Part shown: in pieces, positions 38,814 through 49,070 of the stretch | Position numbering within the stretch: position 1 is the stretch's first letter | Layout of the letters: each line of letters starts with the position of its first letter | NCBI GenBank assembly: GCA_005239865.1 | Contig: SBBC01000013.1 | Span: 36,759 to 100,758 of the forward strand | Direction of reading: 5' to 3' | DNA length: 64,000 nt | DNA from: Candidatus Microgenomatus auricola | GTDB lineage: Bacteria; Patescibacteriota; Patescibacteriia; SBBC01 | Notes under the pieces: model-generated | Databases searched by the model: none | Told to the model about the DNA's origin: nothing | What the model saw: only the letters and a program-made list of their open reading frames with translations | Translations under genes and position numbers: made by a program

Positions 38814-39839
38814 ATGACATTAGGAAAGCGAGCGACCGCGCCTTCTGTTCTTCGGCCTGACGAACGGTGGGGCGTAATTGGTAACCGCGATCGCCTAGAA
38901 CGATTACAACGCCTGGTCCACCAGGGGCTCGACAGCCACGCTTTTTTGTTTATCGGTCCGCGCGGCATTGGAAAAACGACTATGGCTCGAGCCTTTGCCA
39001 GCGCCTTGCTCTGCGAACGACCGCAGGCGGGAACGGCTTGCGGCGATTGCGTACAATGTGCAGCCCTTAGTCAAGAACGACACCCAGACATCATCGAATT
39101 CACGACGGCGGGTAAACGACTTGGCATCGCCGACGTTCGCCTGGTGCTTCGAACCCTAGAACGACGTCCGACGCTGGCCGCTCGGCGGATCGCGATCCTC
39201 GACCGGGCCGAATTCATGACCGAGGAAGCGGCCAACGCCCTCCTCAAAGTCCTCGAGGAGCCGCGTGGTGACACCGTCCTCCTCCTGACCGCAACCAGTA
39301 CGAGCCGTCTGCCAGCCACCGTGGTCTCCCGCTGCTCACTCCAACACCTGACGGTCGTGGCGAATGAGCTGATTCGCCAGCGCCTAGTCGAACAAGGGGT
39401 CAAAAAAGCCGAGGCCACCGATCTGGCCGTCTTCTCTGACGGACGGCCGGCCTTCGCGATCTTCCTGGCGGAACAACGCGGGGCCTACGAACAGGCGCTG
39501 GGGGACACTCGGCAGTTCCTCGACCTCTTTCAGACCTCACTCCATGAACGGTTCGCCTTCGCCGAAACACTCGGGCCGCGATGTGCGGAAATCCAGTCAA
39601 GCGAAACCCTGATCGAACGGTGGGAATCAATTTGTCGACGTCTGCTCCATCTGACGCTTGGTCGCAATGATCGGGGGCCGCTCGCCGAACAGCTGCGGGT
39701 ACTGACTCGACGCCTAACGCTCCCAGCGCTCCTCACAACCTTTGATCATCTGCGCAGGCTCCGCGAACAGCTTCATCCCTCGGGCAACGCCCGACTCCTC
39801 CTCGAATCGCTGTTTCTTCATCTTCCGCGACTGGTATGA
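38814..39839 (+). CDS. holB: DNA polymerase III delta' subunit
   Basis: 'HAFLFIGPRGIGKTTMARAFASALLC' and the zinc module 'CGDCVQCAAL'. The ORF track starts at a TTG at 38739; the ATG at 38814 is preferred. Confidence 0.75.
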   Translation: MTLGKRATAPSVLRPDERWGVIGNRDRLERLQRLVHQGLDSHAFLFIGPRGIGKTTMARAFASALLCERPQAGTACGDCVQCAALSQERHPDIIEFTTAGKRLGIADVRLVLRTLERRPTLAARRIAILDRAEFMTEEAANALLKVLEEPRGDTVLLLTATSTSRLPATVVSRCSLQHLTVVANELIRQRLVEQGVKKAEATDLAVFSDGRPAFAIFLAEQRGAYEQALGDTRQFLDLFQTSLHERFAFAETLGPRCAEIQSSETLIERWESICRRLLHLTLGRNDRGPLAEQLRVLTRRLTLPALLTTFDHLRRLREQLHPSGNARLLLESLFLHLPRLV

Positions 39840-40909
39840 CCGAGTCCCTGCAACGCATCCTGGTTGTCCCCGCCCTGCTCTTTCTTGTCGCCGCCGGCTG
39901 TTCCATCAACATCCGAACAGTCAAACAGGCCGACGGCGGAGTCTTTCGTTCCGACGATGCCGGTCTAACCTGGCGGCAAGTCGTCCAAGCCGGCACGACG
40001 GAGAAAGGAAAGCCGATCACACTTGACAACGTGGACGTCGCTTTCACGAAATTCGATCCGAACGATGCCGCCATCATCTACCTGGCCACCCGTGGCAGCG
40101 GCTTGTACCGATCGGACGACGCTGGCGAACAATGGGTCAAGACCGGACTGGGAATGAGCACTCCAGCGGCGCTGGCCATTGACCCGCAGACGACCTCCAT
40201 CCTCTACGCTGCCAGCGGCGGAACGATTGCAAAAACGACCGACGGCGGAGCCCACTGGTCGCCGATCTATTTTGAGACGAAACCTGACCGATTGATTACT
40301 GACCTGGTGGTTCGACCGACACGTCCCAACGAAGTCCTGGCTGCGACAAGCACCGCTGAAGTTCTGCTGAGCAAGGACTACGGTAATACCTGGCAACTCT
40401 ACTCCTCGCTCAACGTTGCCGACCGGATTGTCCAGCTCGTGTTCGCGACCGGCGATGTGACCACGCTCTACGCTCAAACTTCGGCCAACGCCTTGCTCAA
40501 GTCGGCGGACGGCGGCACCACCTGGACATCACTGAAACCATCCCTCAACGCCTATCCAAAAGCGGCATCAGTGGCGTCGTTCGCGATGATGCCTAACACA
40601 CCGGAAATCCTCTATATCGCCACTGGCTACGGCTTGTTGCAAACGACCGATGGCGGAACAACCTGGCGACCTATCCAGACGCTGGTGCCGTTCGCCAGCC
40701 AACCACTCCAATTCGTGGCGGTCAATCCGGAGAATCAGCGGGTCCTCTACGTAATTGTCGGCAACCGGCTGCGAAAGTCCGAGGATGGCGGCACGAACTG
40801 GGACGCGAAAATTACTATCCCCACCGGCCGACTCATTTCCTCACTGGCACTCAACCCAAAAAACCCGAATCAAGTATTTATTGGCACGGTCAAACCGAAG
40901 AAACGATAA
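39836..40909 (+). CDS. BNR/Asp-box repeat lipoprotein (Ycf48/sortilin-like beta-propeller)
   Basis: Lipobox 'LVAAGC'. Seven 'S-x-D-x-G-x-T-W' repeats (SDDAGLTW, SDDAGEQW, TTDGGAHW, SKDYGNTW, SADGGTTW, TTDGGTTW, SEDGGTNW). Confidence 0.8.
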   Translation: MTESLQRILVVPALLFLVAAGCSINIRTVKQADGGVFRSDDAGLTWRQVVQAGTTEKGKPITLDNVDVAFTKFDPNDAAIIYLATRGSGLYRSDDAGEQWVKTGLGMSTPAALAIDPQTTSILYAASGGTIAKTTDGGAHWSPIYFETKPDRLITDLVVRPTRPNEVLAATSTAEVLLSKDYGNTWQLYSSLNVADRIVQLVFATGDVTTLYAQTSANALLKSADGGTTWTSLKPSLNAYPKAASVASFAMMPNTPEILYIATGYGLLQTTDGGTTWRPIQTLVPFASQPLQFVAVNPENQRVLYVIVGNRLRKSEDGGTNWDAKITIPTGRLISSLALNPKNPNQVFIGTVKPKKR

Positions 40910-40915
40910 TTTCAT

Positions 40916-41458
40916 ATGACGACTTCGCAAGCCCAATTTGAGAGCGTCATTGCGCGACTCCGCCAAGACCTCCAGAACATTCGCGCCGGCCGAGCTAACC
41001 CGGCGATGGTTGAGCACCTTAATGTCGCCGCCTACAATGCCGCGGTGCCACTCGTTCAACTCGCCAGTCTCACCTTGACTGACAGCCGGACGCTCGTCAT
41101 CCAACCATGGGACAAAAACGTACTGAAAGACATCGAGCAGGCAGTCACCCAGGCGAACATCGGGATCACGCCGATCAACGACGGGACCGTCATTCGCCTC
41201 GTCATGCCGCAACTAACTGAAGAACGGCGCCGCGAATACCTGAAACTCCTCAACCAAAAGCTCGAGCACGCGCGGATTGCGGTTCGGAAAGTGCGAGAAG
41301 CACAATTACAGGAACTCCGGGAAAAGAAAAATGACGGAAAAATTTCGGAAGATGCCTTTTTTGCCCAACACAAAGAGCTCCAAAAAGACGTAGACGCCTG
41401 GATGGAAAAAATTCATGACCTCGGCCAGCGCAAAGAGCAAGAATTACTAACGGTCTAA
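40916..41458 (+). CDS. frr: Ribosome recycling factor
   Basis: 180 aa. 'RAGRANPAMVEHLNV' and 'VRKVR' RRF motifs. Confidence 0.9.
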   Translation: MTTSQAQFESVIARLRQDLQNIRAGRANPAMVEHLNVAAYNAAVPLVQLASLTLTDSRTLVIQPWDKNVLKDIEQAVTQANIGITPINDGTVIRLVMPQLTEERRREYLKLLNQKLEHARIAVRKVREAQLQELREKKNDGKISEDAFFAQHKELQKDVDAWMEKIHDLGQRKEQELLTV

Positions 41459-41464
41459 CCACCG

Positions 41465-42577
41465 ATGCTAACGCTTCTCATTTTCATCATCGTCATATCA
41501 ATTCTGGTGTTTGTCCATGAGCTCGGACACTTTCTGAGCGCCCGGCGGCTGGGCGTGGCCGTCGAGGAATTCGGTTTCGGCTTCCCGCCCCGGCTCATCG
41601 GGCTGCGCCGAAAAGACACAATCTACTCCATCAACTGGATTCCGTTCGGTGGCTTTGTAAAACTTAAAGGCGAAACGGCCGATCGAACCAGCGACCAGGA
41701 CAGCTTTGCCGCCCAGTCAAAAACCCGGCGGTTCTTAATTTTGAGCGCCGGTGTCATCATGAATTACCTCCTGACCATTGTGCTCTTCACGATCGGTTAC
41801 TCCGTCGGGCTGCCAGCGGCCCATGATCCGACCGCTCCGAATCCAGCGCTCCAAGACATCCGTCCACAAGTGATTCGGGTCGAAGCCGGAAGCCCCGCCG
41901 CCCAAGCCGGACTACGGGTCGGTGACGTCATCATCAGCGCGGCCGACACCCCGGTCAGTAACCCCGAATCGTTAAAAGCCATTCAGGAGCAATATCGCGA
42001 CCGCGATCTACCGCTGGTCATCCGCCACGGCTCGAGCGAACGAACCGTGATCGTCCGTCCCACCCCGACCGAGAACGACGAAATTCGGATCGGCATCGCC
42101 CTCCTCAACATCGGACACCTCCAGTACCCCTTCCCGCAATCACTGCTCGAGGGCACCAAAACCACCCTCAATGTAACCGGGCAAATCTTCGTCTCCTTCG
42201 GTCATCTCCTGCGCGATCTAGTGGTCGACCGTAAAGTCAGCCAAGACGTCTCCGGTCCGGTCGGGATTATAGTTCTAACGCGAGAGGCGTTCAATCTCGG
42301 CTTTCCCTATCTCCTGCAGTTCGTCGCCCTCCTCTCGGCGACGCTGGCGGTCATCAACTTTTTGCCGTTTCCTGGTCTCGACGGTGGACGAGCATTGTTC
42401 GTCACGATTGAGGCCTTTCGCGGTCGGGCCGTCGACCAACGCATCGAATCGCTCGTCCACGTCGTTGGTTTTTACCTTCTGATCGCCCTCGTTCTCCTCG
42501 TGAGTGTCCGCGACGTCCAAAAATTTGGCGTTGGTGAACGGTTGCTCGACGGATTGAAAAACGTCCTCGGGAGATAA
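41465..42577 (+). CDS. rseP: RseP-family site-2 zinc metalloprotease (M50) with a PDZ domain
   Basis: 'HELGHF' motif in TM1. PDZ domain 'AGLRVGDVIIS'. C-terminal 'LNFLPFPGLDGG'. Confidence 0.85.
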   Translation: MLTLLIFIIVISILVFVHELGHFLSARRLGVAVEEFGFGFPPRLIGLRRKDTIYSINWIPFGGFVKLKGETADRTSDQDSFAAQSKTRRFLILSAGVIMNYLLTIVLFTIGYSVGLPAAHDPTAPNPALQDIRPQVIRVEAGSPAAQAGLRVGDVIISAADTPVSNPESLKAIQEQYRDRDLPLVIRHGSSERTVIVRPTPTENDEIRIGIALLNIGHLQYPFPQSLLEGTKTTLNVTGQIFVSFGHLLRDLVVDRKVSQDVSGPVGIIVLTREAFNLGFPYLLQFVALLSATLAVINFLPFPGLDGGRALFVTIEAFRGRAVDQRIESLVHVVGFYLLIALVLLVSVRDVQKFGVGERLLDGLKNVLGR

Positions 42578-42582
42578 ACTCA

Positions 42583-43638
42583 ATGTTTGGAAAATTCTTA
42601 AGTAAATTCTCGCGGGACATGGGGATTGATCTGGGCACGAAGAATACCCTCGTCTACGTCAAGGACAAGGGCATCATCATCAATGAACCCTCGGTCGTCG
42701 CCGTCAACAACAAAACTAACCAGATCCTCGCAGTCGGCGAGGAGGCCCGCCGGATGGTCGGAAAAACACCGAGCCACATCGTCGCCATTCGACCGCTGAT
42801 GAGCGGCGTCATCTCCGATTTCGAAGTAACCGAACGAATGTTGAAACACTTCATCGAAAAGGTCAACCGCGAAAGTGCCTCACTCCTTTCCCGGCCGCGC
42901 GTCGTGATCGGGATCCCACTCGGCGTCACCGAGGTCGAGCGCAAAGCGGTGGAAGACGCGACGCTCCACGCCGGCGCCCGGGAAGTATTCCTGATCGAGG
43001 AACCGATGGCGGCGGCCATCGGCGCCCGCCTACCCATTCAGGAGGCCTCCGGAAATATGGTCGTTGACATGGGCGGCGGAACCACCGAAATTGCCATTAT
43101 CTCACTCGGCGGGATTGTTAGTTGGCGATCACTCCGGATCGCCGGCAACGAACTTGACCAGAACATCATTCAGTATGCCCGTGAACACTTCAATCTCCTC
43201 CTCGGTGAACGGACCGCCGAAGAATTGAAAATCAAGATTGGTGGCGTAACCGAGGACGTTGAACTTCTCGAGACGCCGATGCGCGGACGCGACCTCCTGA
43301 CCGGCTTGCCGAAAGAGGTGATCATTTCAACCGCCCACCTCCGTGAGGCCATGAGCCGTTCCATCAACCTGATCATCGAAAACATCAAGGCCACCATCGA
43401 GGCGACGCCGCCCGAACTAGTCGCCGACATTTACTCCCGGGGAATCGTGTTGACTGGCGGGGGAGCACTGCTGCGAGGGTTCGCCCAGGCAATCCAGAAC
43501 GAAACCCATATTCCGGTCCATATCGTTGACGATCCCTTGACCGCGGTGGTCCGCGGCACCGGGATCGTCCTCGATGATCTTGACAATCTTCGCGACATCC
43601 TCGTCCTCTCGACCAACGAATCATCAATAACTAAATAA
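42583..43638 (+). CDS. mreB: Rod-shape protein MreB (paralog 2, in the mreBCD-mrdA operon)
   Basis: 'MGIDLGTKNTLVYV' and 'DMGGGTTEIAIISLGG'. Confidence 0.9.
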   Translation: MFGKFLSKFSRDMGIDLGTKNTLVYVKDKGIIINEPSVVAVNNKTNQILAVGEEARRMVGKTPSHIVAIRPLMSGVISDFEVTERMLKHFIEKVNRESASLLSRPRVVIGIPLGVTEVERKAVEDATLHAGAREVFLIEEPMAAAIGARLPIQEASGNMVVDMGGGTTEIAIISLGGIVSWRSLRIAGNELDQNIIQYAREHFNLLLGERTAEELKIKIGGVTEDVELLETPMRGRDLLTGLPKEVIISTAHLREAMSRSINLIIENIKATIEATPPELVADIYSRGIVLTGGGALLRGFAQAIQNETHIPVHIVDDPLTAVVRGTGIVLDDLDNLRDILVLSTNESSITK

Positions 43639-43639
43639 C

Positions 43640-44443
43640 GTGCCAGAACCGCGGTTTCATCAGAGCCCGATGGTGCACATGACCGTGGTTGTGGTCGGCA
43701 TTCTTGTCCTCCACTACCTCGGTGCGCTGACCGGCCTTGAACGACTCCTGCTCGCAGGTCTCCGTCCAGTCGGTCGAACCTTAACGTTCTGGTTGACCCA
43801 ACCACCGTCCGATGCCGGTTCAATCGACGAAAAGGAACGGCAGCAACCCGATCTTGAACAGCGACTGGCCGACTTGAGCGTGGAAAATATTGAACTTCGG
43901 TCGGCACTCGAGGCCTTAGGCGAGATCGCGGTGCAGCAAAAATTTTTGGAAGAGCGAAGGTTGAGCGGTGTCACCGGTCGGATTTTTGCCCGGAGTGCCG
44001 ACCCGACGTCGGAATATGTCATGATTGACGCCGGACTGAACGATGGTCTCGAAGTTGGCGCCCCGGCAATCGTCGGACGGGCGATGATCATCGGTCGGGT
44101 AGTGTCGGTCAGTCCTGACACCGCCCGCGTTCTCCTGACCACCGACAACCGCAGCAGTTTCGCCGGCGTGGTAGCAGACAACCCGGCGGCCGAGGGGGTC
44201 GTCAGCGGCAATCGAGGATTATCGCTCCGAATGGAACTCATTCCGCAATCGGAAATTATTCAGCCCCACCAAATTGTCGTTTCTTCGGGCACCGACGCGC
44301 GGGTCCCGCGTGGTCTGATTCTGGGCGAAATTGAGCGGGTCGAAAAACAGCAGGGCGCGCTCTTTCAGTCCGCTACTCTCCGGACGCTCTACCAAACGTC
44401 GCGCCTCGACGCCGTCACGATCTTGCGAATTCAACTCCAATGA
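43640..44443 (+). CDS. mreC: Rod-shape protein MreC
   Basis: N-terminal TM segment, a coiled coil and an MreC beta-domain. GTG start at 43640; alternative ATG at 43670. Confidence 0.75.
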   Translation: MPEPRFHQSPMVHMTVVVVGILVLHYLGALTGLERLLLAGLRPVGRTLTFWLTQPPSDAGSIDEKERQQPDLEQRLADLSVENIELRSALEALGEIAVQQKFLEERRLSGVTGRIFARSADPTSEYVMIDAGLNDGLEVGAPAIVGRAMIIGRVVSVSPDTARVLLTTDNRSSFAGVVADNPAAEGVVSGNRGLSLRMELIPQSEIIQPHQIVVSSGTDARVPRGLILGEIERVEKQQGALFQSATLRTLYQTSRLDAVTILRIQLQ

Positions 44444-44961
44444 AAAAACGCTTGATCATCACTTTGATCGTTTTGGCCGCATTGCTCTTGTCACTCTTCG
44501 CCACACCGTCGATCAATGGACTGACGTACAATCTCTTCGCCGCGGTGCTCATCCTGACGCTCCTCGGCGGAGAAACCCGCCTGGCGTACATCGCCGCTCT
44601 AAGCGGGGGATTCATGGTTGACGTTGTCGCCGCCCACCCATTCGGCACGGCCTTGATTACCTATCCGCTTGGACTCGCGATCACGCGGTGGCTACTTAGA
44701 ACACGTTTCACCAACCGCTCGCTGCTGGCGTATCTGACGCTCACTGTCAGCGGAACGCTAGTCATCGAAACCCTCCTCGTGCTGATCAGCACGATCGGAC
44801 AGATCGCTGACCCGCGTGCGCTCTCGATCACGCTCAATCAAACGTGGTTGATTAGTGTGGCCATCGCCTTGACGCGGAATTTCGTTGTCAGTGTCATTGT
44901 CCACAGCACTTTCCGATTGAGCGGTCAGAGATATGCGACCCTCGCCCAACGGGAATTTTAA
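44440..44961 (+). CDS. mreD: Rod-shape protein MreD
   Basis: 173-aa polytopic membrane protein directly after mreC. Confidence 0.65.
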   Translation: MKKRLIITLIVLAALLLSLFATPSINGLTYNLFAAVLILTLLGGETRLAYIAALSGGFMVDVVAAHPFGTALITYPLGLAITRWLLRTRFTNRSLLAYLTLTVSGTLVIETLLVLISTIGQIADPRALSITLNQTWLISVAIALTRNFVVSVIVHSTFRLSGQRYATLAQREF

Positions 44962-44964
44962 ACG

Positions 44965-46878
44965 ATGAAACGGATTGATCCTTTTTCTCCGGTTCCGCTG
45001 TCCCGCGGCTTACGCCCGATCGTACTCCGACGCGATCAGCGTGGCCATGATCTCGATGAACACCTCACGCCCGCGAAAACCGAGGCCCACATCGGAAGCA
45101 TCGAACTCTTGCAACTTCGAATCATCGTTGTGCTGGTCGCGCTATTTTTCGTTATTTTCGCCCGCGTGACGTACCTTCAAATCGCCCAAGGCGATATCTA
45201 TCGCCTCGCCTCGGAACGAAACCGCGTCCGGTTAGAAACGATCATCGCACCACGCGGGATTATCCTCGACCGTCATGAACAACCTCTCCTCAACAACACC
45301 CCGAACTTCACGCTGGTCGCTATACCAGCCGACCTTCCCGCCGCGGCCGACGAACGACGCGCGATTGTTGATGAACTCGCCGCGACCTTACCGTCGCTCA
45401 ATCGCGACGTTGTGCGCACTGCCCTGCTTGACGCTCCGACCGGTTCGATCCAACCAATCACGCTGTCTGAACACGTGGACTACCACAGCGCCATCCGCCT
45501 CTCGACCACGATCGCCCGAATGCCCGGCGTCTCGCTCGAAACCCTGAGTACACGTTCCTATCCCTATGGGACGGCCTTCGCCCATGTCATAGGCTATCTT
45601 GGCAAACCATCATCCGAAGAACTGGCTGATGATTCGTACCTCTCGCCGCTCTCGGTCATTGGCCGGATGGGGATCGAGCAGTACTACGACGTCGAACTTC
45701 GCGGACGCGACGGCATCCGCGAGGTCGAACGCGATCACCTCAACAAACAGCTGAGCGTGATTGCCAATCGCGATTCGGTGCCGGGTCAGAACCTCGTCCT
45801 GGCGCTCGACCGACCACTCCAGGAAACGCTGAGCGCCGGATTGCACGGCATGGTAAAACGCCTCGGCGTTCCGGGTGGGGCGGCGATCGCACTTGATCCT
45901 CGAAACGGTGAGATCTTGGCAATCGTTTCGGAACCATCGTTTGATCCCAACCTCTTTACCCAGGGCGGCGATTCAACCGCGTTTGATACCATCTTTCAAG
46001 ATCCGGACCACCCCCTCTTCTTCCGCGCTATCAGTGGAGCCTATCCGTCGGGTTCGACCATCAAGCCGGTGATCGCCGCCGCCGGTCTGGCCGAAGGACT
46101 AATCAATGAACGGACAACGGTCAACAGCGTCGGCGGCATCAAAGTCGGTCCGAATTTCTTTCCCGATTGGAAACAAGGCGGACACGGTCTAACCGACGTT
46201 CGCAAAGCGTTGGCCGAATCGGTCAACACTTTTTTCTATATTCTCGGCGGTGGCTTTGAGGATCGTCTCGGATTAGGAGTTGATCGAATCGTTCATTACC
46301 TCGAGCGCTTTGGCCTCGGGAAAAAACTCGGGGTTGATCTGCCAAACGAAACCGGCGGCTTTCTGCCAACTAAGGACTGGCGAAAACGCCCCGGCGCCCA
46401 AGTCTGGTACCTCGGCGACACCTACCATCTCGCAATTGGGCAGGGCTACATCAATCTCACTCCGCTCCAGGTCGCCAGTTACACAGCCGCAATTGCCAAC
46501 GGCGGAACACTCTTCCGGCCGCACCTGCTGAAAAAAATCCTAAGCGCCGATGGCACGGTCGAGCAAGAAACCACGCCAACGGCAATTGGAAAAACTGTTG
46601 ACCCTCAATCGCTCGCTATCGTCCGCTCCGGCATGCGAGAAGCGGTCGTCACCGGTAGCGCCCGCGCGCTCGGCGATCTCCCCGTGCCGGTCGCGGCCAA
46701 GACCGGAACCGCGCAGTTTGGTAGCGGCGGCCGCACGCACGCCTGGCTGACGAGCTTTGCCCCGTATGACCGCCCGGAAATCGTCGTGACCGTCGTCATT
46801 GAAGAGGGTGGCGAGGGGACAATCGCCGCGCTGCCAGTGGCGAAACAAGCGCTGGCGCACTACTTCGGCCGTCGTTAG
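44965..46878 (+). CDS. mrdA: Penicillin-binding protein 2 (elongasome transpeptidase)
   Basis: PBP dimerisation domain plus transpeptidase domain with the 'SGSTIKP', 'SVN' and 'KTGTAQ' motifs. Confidence 0.9.
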   Translation: MKRIDPFSPVPLSRGLRPIVLRRDQRGHDLDEHLTPAKTEAHIGSIELLQLRIIVVLVALFFVIFARVTYLQIAQGDIYRLASERNRVRLETIIAPRGIILDRHEQPLLNNTPNFTLVAIPADLPAAADERRAIVDELAATLPSLNRDVVRTALLDAPTGSIQPITLSEHVDYHSAIRLSTTIARMPGVSLETLSTRSYPYGTAFAHVIGYLGKPSSEELADDSYLSPLSVIGRMGIEQYYDVELRGRDGIREVERDHLNKQLSVIANRDSVPGQNLVLALDRPLQETLSAGLHGMVKRLGVPGGAAIALDPRNGEILAIVSEPSFDPNLFTQGGDSTAFDTIFQDPDHPLFFRAISGAYPSGSTIKPVIAAAGLAEGLINERTTVNSVGGIKVGPNFFPDWKQGGHGLTDVRKALAESVNTFFYILGGGFEDRLGLGVDRIVHYLERFGLGKKLGVDLPNETGGFLPTKDWRKRPGAQVWYLGDTYHLAIGQGYINLTPLQVASYTAAIANGGTLFRPHLLKKILSADGTVEQETTPTAIGKTVDPQSLAIVRSGMREAVVTGSARALGDLPVPVAAKTGTAQFGSGGRTHAWLTSFAPYDRPEIVVTVVIEEGGEGTIAALPVAKQALAHYFGRR

Positions 46879-46918
46879 CCAGACACCAGGCCCAAAGAAA
46901 CGAATCCGGAGTGTGGGG

Positions 46919-46947
46919 TTGACAGTCGTGAGAAAACGTCCTATGCT
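46919..46947 (+). promoter_or_regulatory. Sigma70-type promoter, TTGACA-N17-TATGCT
   Basis: Consensus hexamers. A 52-nt leader with SD 'gagggag' lies before the greA ATG. Confidence 0.6.
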
Positions 46948-46999
46948 ACCTCCTGGTCACTACGCTGACCGCCAATTTACGCATTGAGGGAGCTCCACC

Positions 47000-47464
47000 A
47001 TGACCGAGCGACAAACTTTTATCACCGCCGACGGTTTAGAAAAACTGACTGAAGAATTGAAGCAGCTGAAGACTGTCAAACGGCGCGAAATCGCACAACG
47101 TATTCAAGAAGCCAAGGAGCTCGGCGACCTCTCGGAAAACGCCGAATACGTCGAAGCCAAAAACGAACAGGCCTTCGTCGAGGGTCGAATTGCCGAGCTC
47201 GAAGCGATCGTCAAAAACGCCGTCATCATTCAATCAGAAAAGAACTCCGAAATGGTGCGTGTCGGATCGAAAGTCAGGGTCAAAGCCGAAGGCAAGACTG
47301 AATCGTACTCGATCGTCGGTTCGAACGAAGCAGATCCAAAAAACGGGCGGATTTCCAACGAGTCACCGCTCGGTCAAGCGTTCCTCGGAAGACGCATCGG
47401 CGAGACCGTCGAGGTGAGCGTGCCAAGCGGAAAACGACTGTTCCGCATCCTGGCGATCACCTAA
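47000..47464 (+). CDS. greA: Transcription elongation factor GreA
   Basis: 154 aa. N-terminal coiled coil with 'DLSENAEY' and a C-terminal FKBP-like domain. Confidence 0.9.
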   Translation: MTERQTFITADGLEKLTEELKQLKTVKRREIAQRIQEAKELGDLSENAEYVEAKNEQAFVEGRIAELEAIVKNAVIIQSEKNSEMVRVGSKVRVKAEGKTESYSIVGSNEADPKNGRISNESPLGQAFLGRRIGETVEVSVPSGKRLFRILAIT

Positions 47465-47566
47465 CGGTCCGCGCGGCCACAACTCATGCCCGGCTCAAGC
47501 CAAGAGTCCATTCGATAAGCTGGCATGACCTCGAGGCTGCCCGAAGCAACCGGAAGAGTTTTTTCG

Positions 47567-47596
47567 TTGGACGAAAACCGTTCGACCGGCTATACT
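47567..47596 (+). promoter_or_regulatory. Promoter TTGGAC-N18-TATACT ending 7 nt before the lysS ATG; a leaderless candidate
   Basis: There is no SD between the -10 and the ATG (the sequence is 'acctccc'). Confidence 0.45.
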
Positions 47597-47603
47597 ACCT
47601 CCC

Positions 47604-49070
47604 ATGCGGCAGCGAAGCGATCAGGAGGAGGCGCGAAGAGAAAAACTCGAGCGCTACCGAACCGCCGGGAACGATCCGTACCCCGCCCGCAGCGGACAGA
47701 CGGTTCGTCTCGTCGACGTTCGTCAGCAGTTCGACAAACTGGTGCGATCATCGACCACCGTCAACGTCGCCGGTCGTATTCGCGCACTTCGCCTCCATGG
47801 CGGATCAATGTTCGTCGACCTGGATGACGGCAGCGGCAGCTTCCAGTGCTTTCTAACCAACGAACAGCTCGGATCATCCTATGCGGATCTGACGGCGGTT
47901 CTCGACCTCGGCGACTTTCTCGACGTCACTGGCGTGCCTTTCAAAACACAGAGGGGAGAAGCGACCATCCAAGCAGCAACCGCCCGTCTCATCGCCAAGT
48001 CGCTTCGCCCGCTGCCGGAAAAACGGCACGGTCTGGCCGACGTTGAACTCCGCTATCGTCATCGTGAGCTCGACCTGATTGCGAGTCAACGGAGCCGCGC
48101 GCTGCTCCAGCTCCGTGGGAAGCTGCTGGCCGCAGTCAGGGACGTCCTCCAGCAGGAACGATTTCTGGAGGTCGAAACCCCCGTCCTCCAACCAATCCCC
48201 GGCGGCGCCAATGCGAGACCATTCGTCACTCACCACCAAGCGCTCGACATCGACCTCTATCTCCGGATCGCTCCAGAACTCTATTTGAAACGTCTCATCA
48301 TCGGTGGGCTCGAACGTGTCTTCGAAATTGCTCGCTGCTTCCGCAACGAAGGGATAGATCATGAACACAACCCCGAATTCACGCAGGTCGAGATCTACGC
48401 TGCCTACGCCGACTACGCCTGGATGATGAAATTCACGGAACAGCTGCTCGTCAAAGTGACGAAGGCGGTCCTCGGCGCGACCACGCTCACGATCGGCGAT
48501 CACCAGGTCAAACTGACTCCGCCGTTTCCCCAGCAAACGTTCCGTCAAGCGATTAAGGAACAGACTGGCATCGACATCGAACAGCATCTCGAGGCGAAAT
48601 CGCTGGCCGCCATCGCGAAAAAGGCAGGGGCCAACGTAACGATCACCGATCATCGCCCGGCCATCCTGGATGAGCTCTACAAGACCTTTGTCCGACCGCA
48701 GCTCGTCGCGCCGACGTTCATCATCGATCACCCAGTTGAGCTCTCGCCGTTGGCAAAGAAAAAGGCGGATGATCCACGCTACGTGGAGCGCTTTCAGCTC
48801 ATCGTCGGCGGCACCGAACTAGCGAATGCCTTCTCCGAACTGAACGATCCCGACGATCAGCGACAGCGGTTCGTGGCCCAAGAAAAACTCCGCCAGACTG
48901 GAGACGAAGAAGCCCAGCGCATCGATGAAGAATTCCTGGAAGCGTTGGAGTACGGCATGCCACCGACGGCCGGTCTCGGTCTCGGCATTGATCGTTTGGT
49001 CATGCTGTTAGCCAACGAGCATTCCATTAAAGAGGTGATTGCCTTCCCCACCCTCAAACCGAAAGTATGA
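47604..49070 (+). CDS. lysS: Lysine--tRNA ligase (class II)
   Basis: Anticodon-binding OB fold and class II motifs ('FRNEG', 'GGTELANAFSELNDP', 'GLGLGIDRLVM'). Confidence 0.9.
   Translation: MRQRSDQEEARREKLERYRTAGNDPYPARSGQTVRLVDVRQQFDKLVRSSTTVNVAGRIRALRLHGGSMFVDLDDGSGSFQCFLTNEQLGSSYADLTAVLDLGDFLDVTGVPFKTQRGEATIQAATARLIAKSLRPLPEKRHGLADVELRYRHRELDLIASQRSRALLQLRGKLLAAVRDVLQQERFLEVETPVLQPIPGGANARPFVTHHQALDIDLYLRIAPELYLKRLIIGGLERVFEIARCFRNEGIDHEHNPEFTQVEIYAAYADYAWMMKFTEQLLVKVTKAVLGATTLTIGDHQVKLTPPFPQQTFRQAIKEQTGIDIEQHLEAKSLAAIAKKAGANVTITDHRPAILDELYKTFVRPQLVAPTFIIDHPVELSPLAKKKADDPRYVERFQLIVGGTELANAFSELNDPDDQRQRFVAQEKLRQTGDEEAQRIDEEFLEALEYGMPPTAGLGLGIDRLVMLLANEHSIKEVIAFPTLKPKV

Noticed and set aside
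47465-47603. Possible T-box or other leader upstream of lysS
   Set aside because: The gap is only ~140 nt, with no specifier-loop or T-box consensus. It is better explained by a promoter sitting 7 nt from the ATG.
47874-48731. 285-aa - strand ORF inside lysS
   Set aside because: It is antisense to lysS. Long open frames like this are expected at this GC content.
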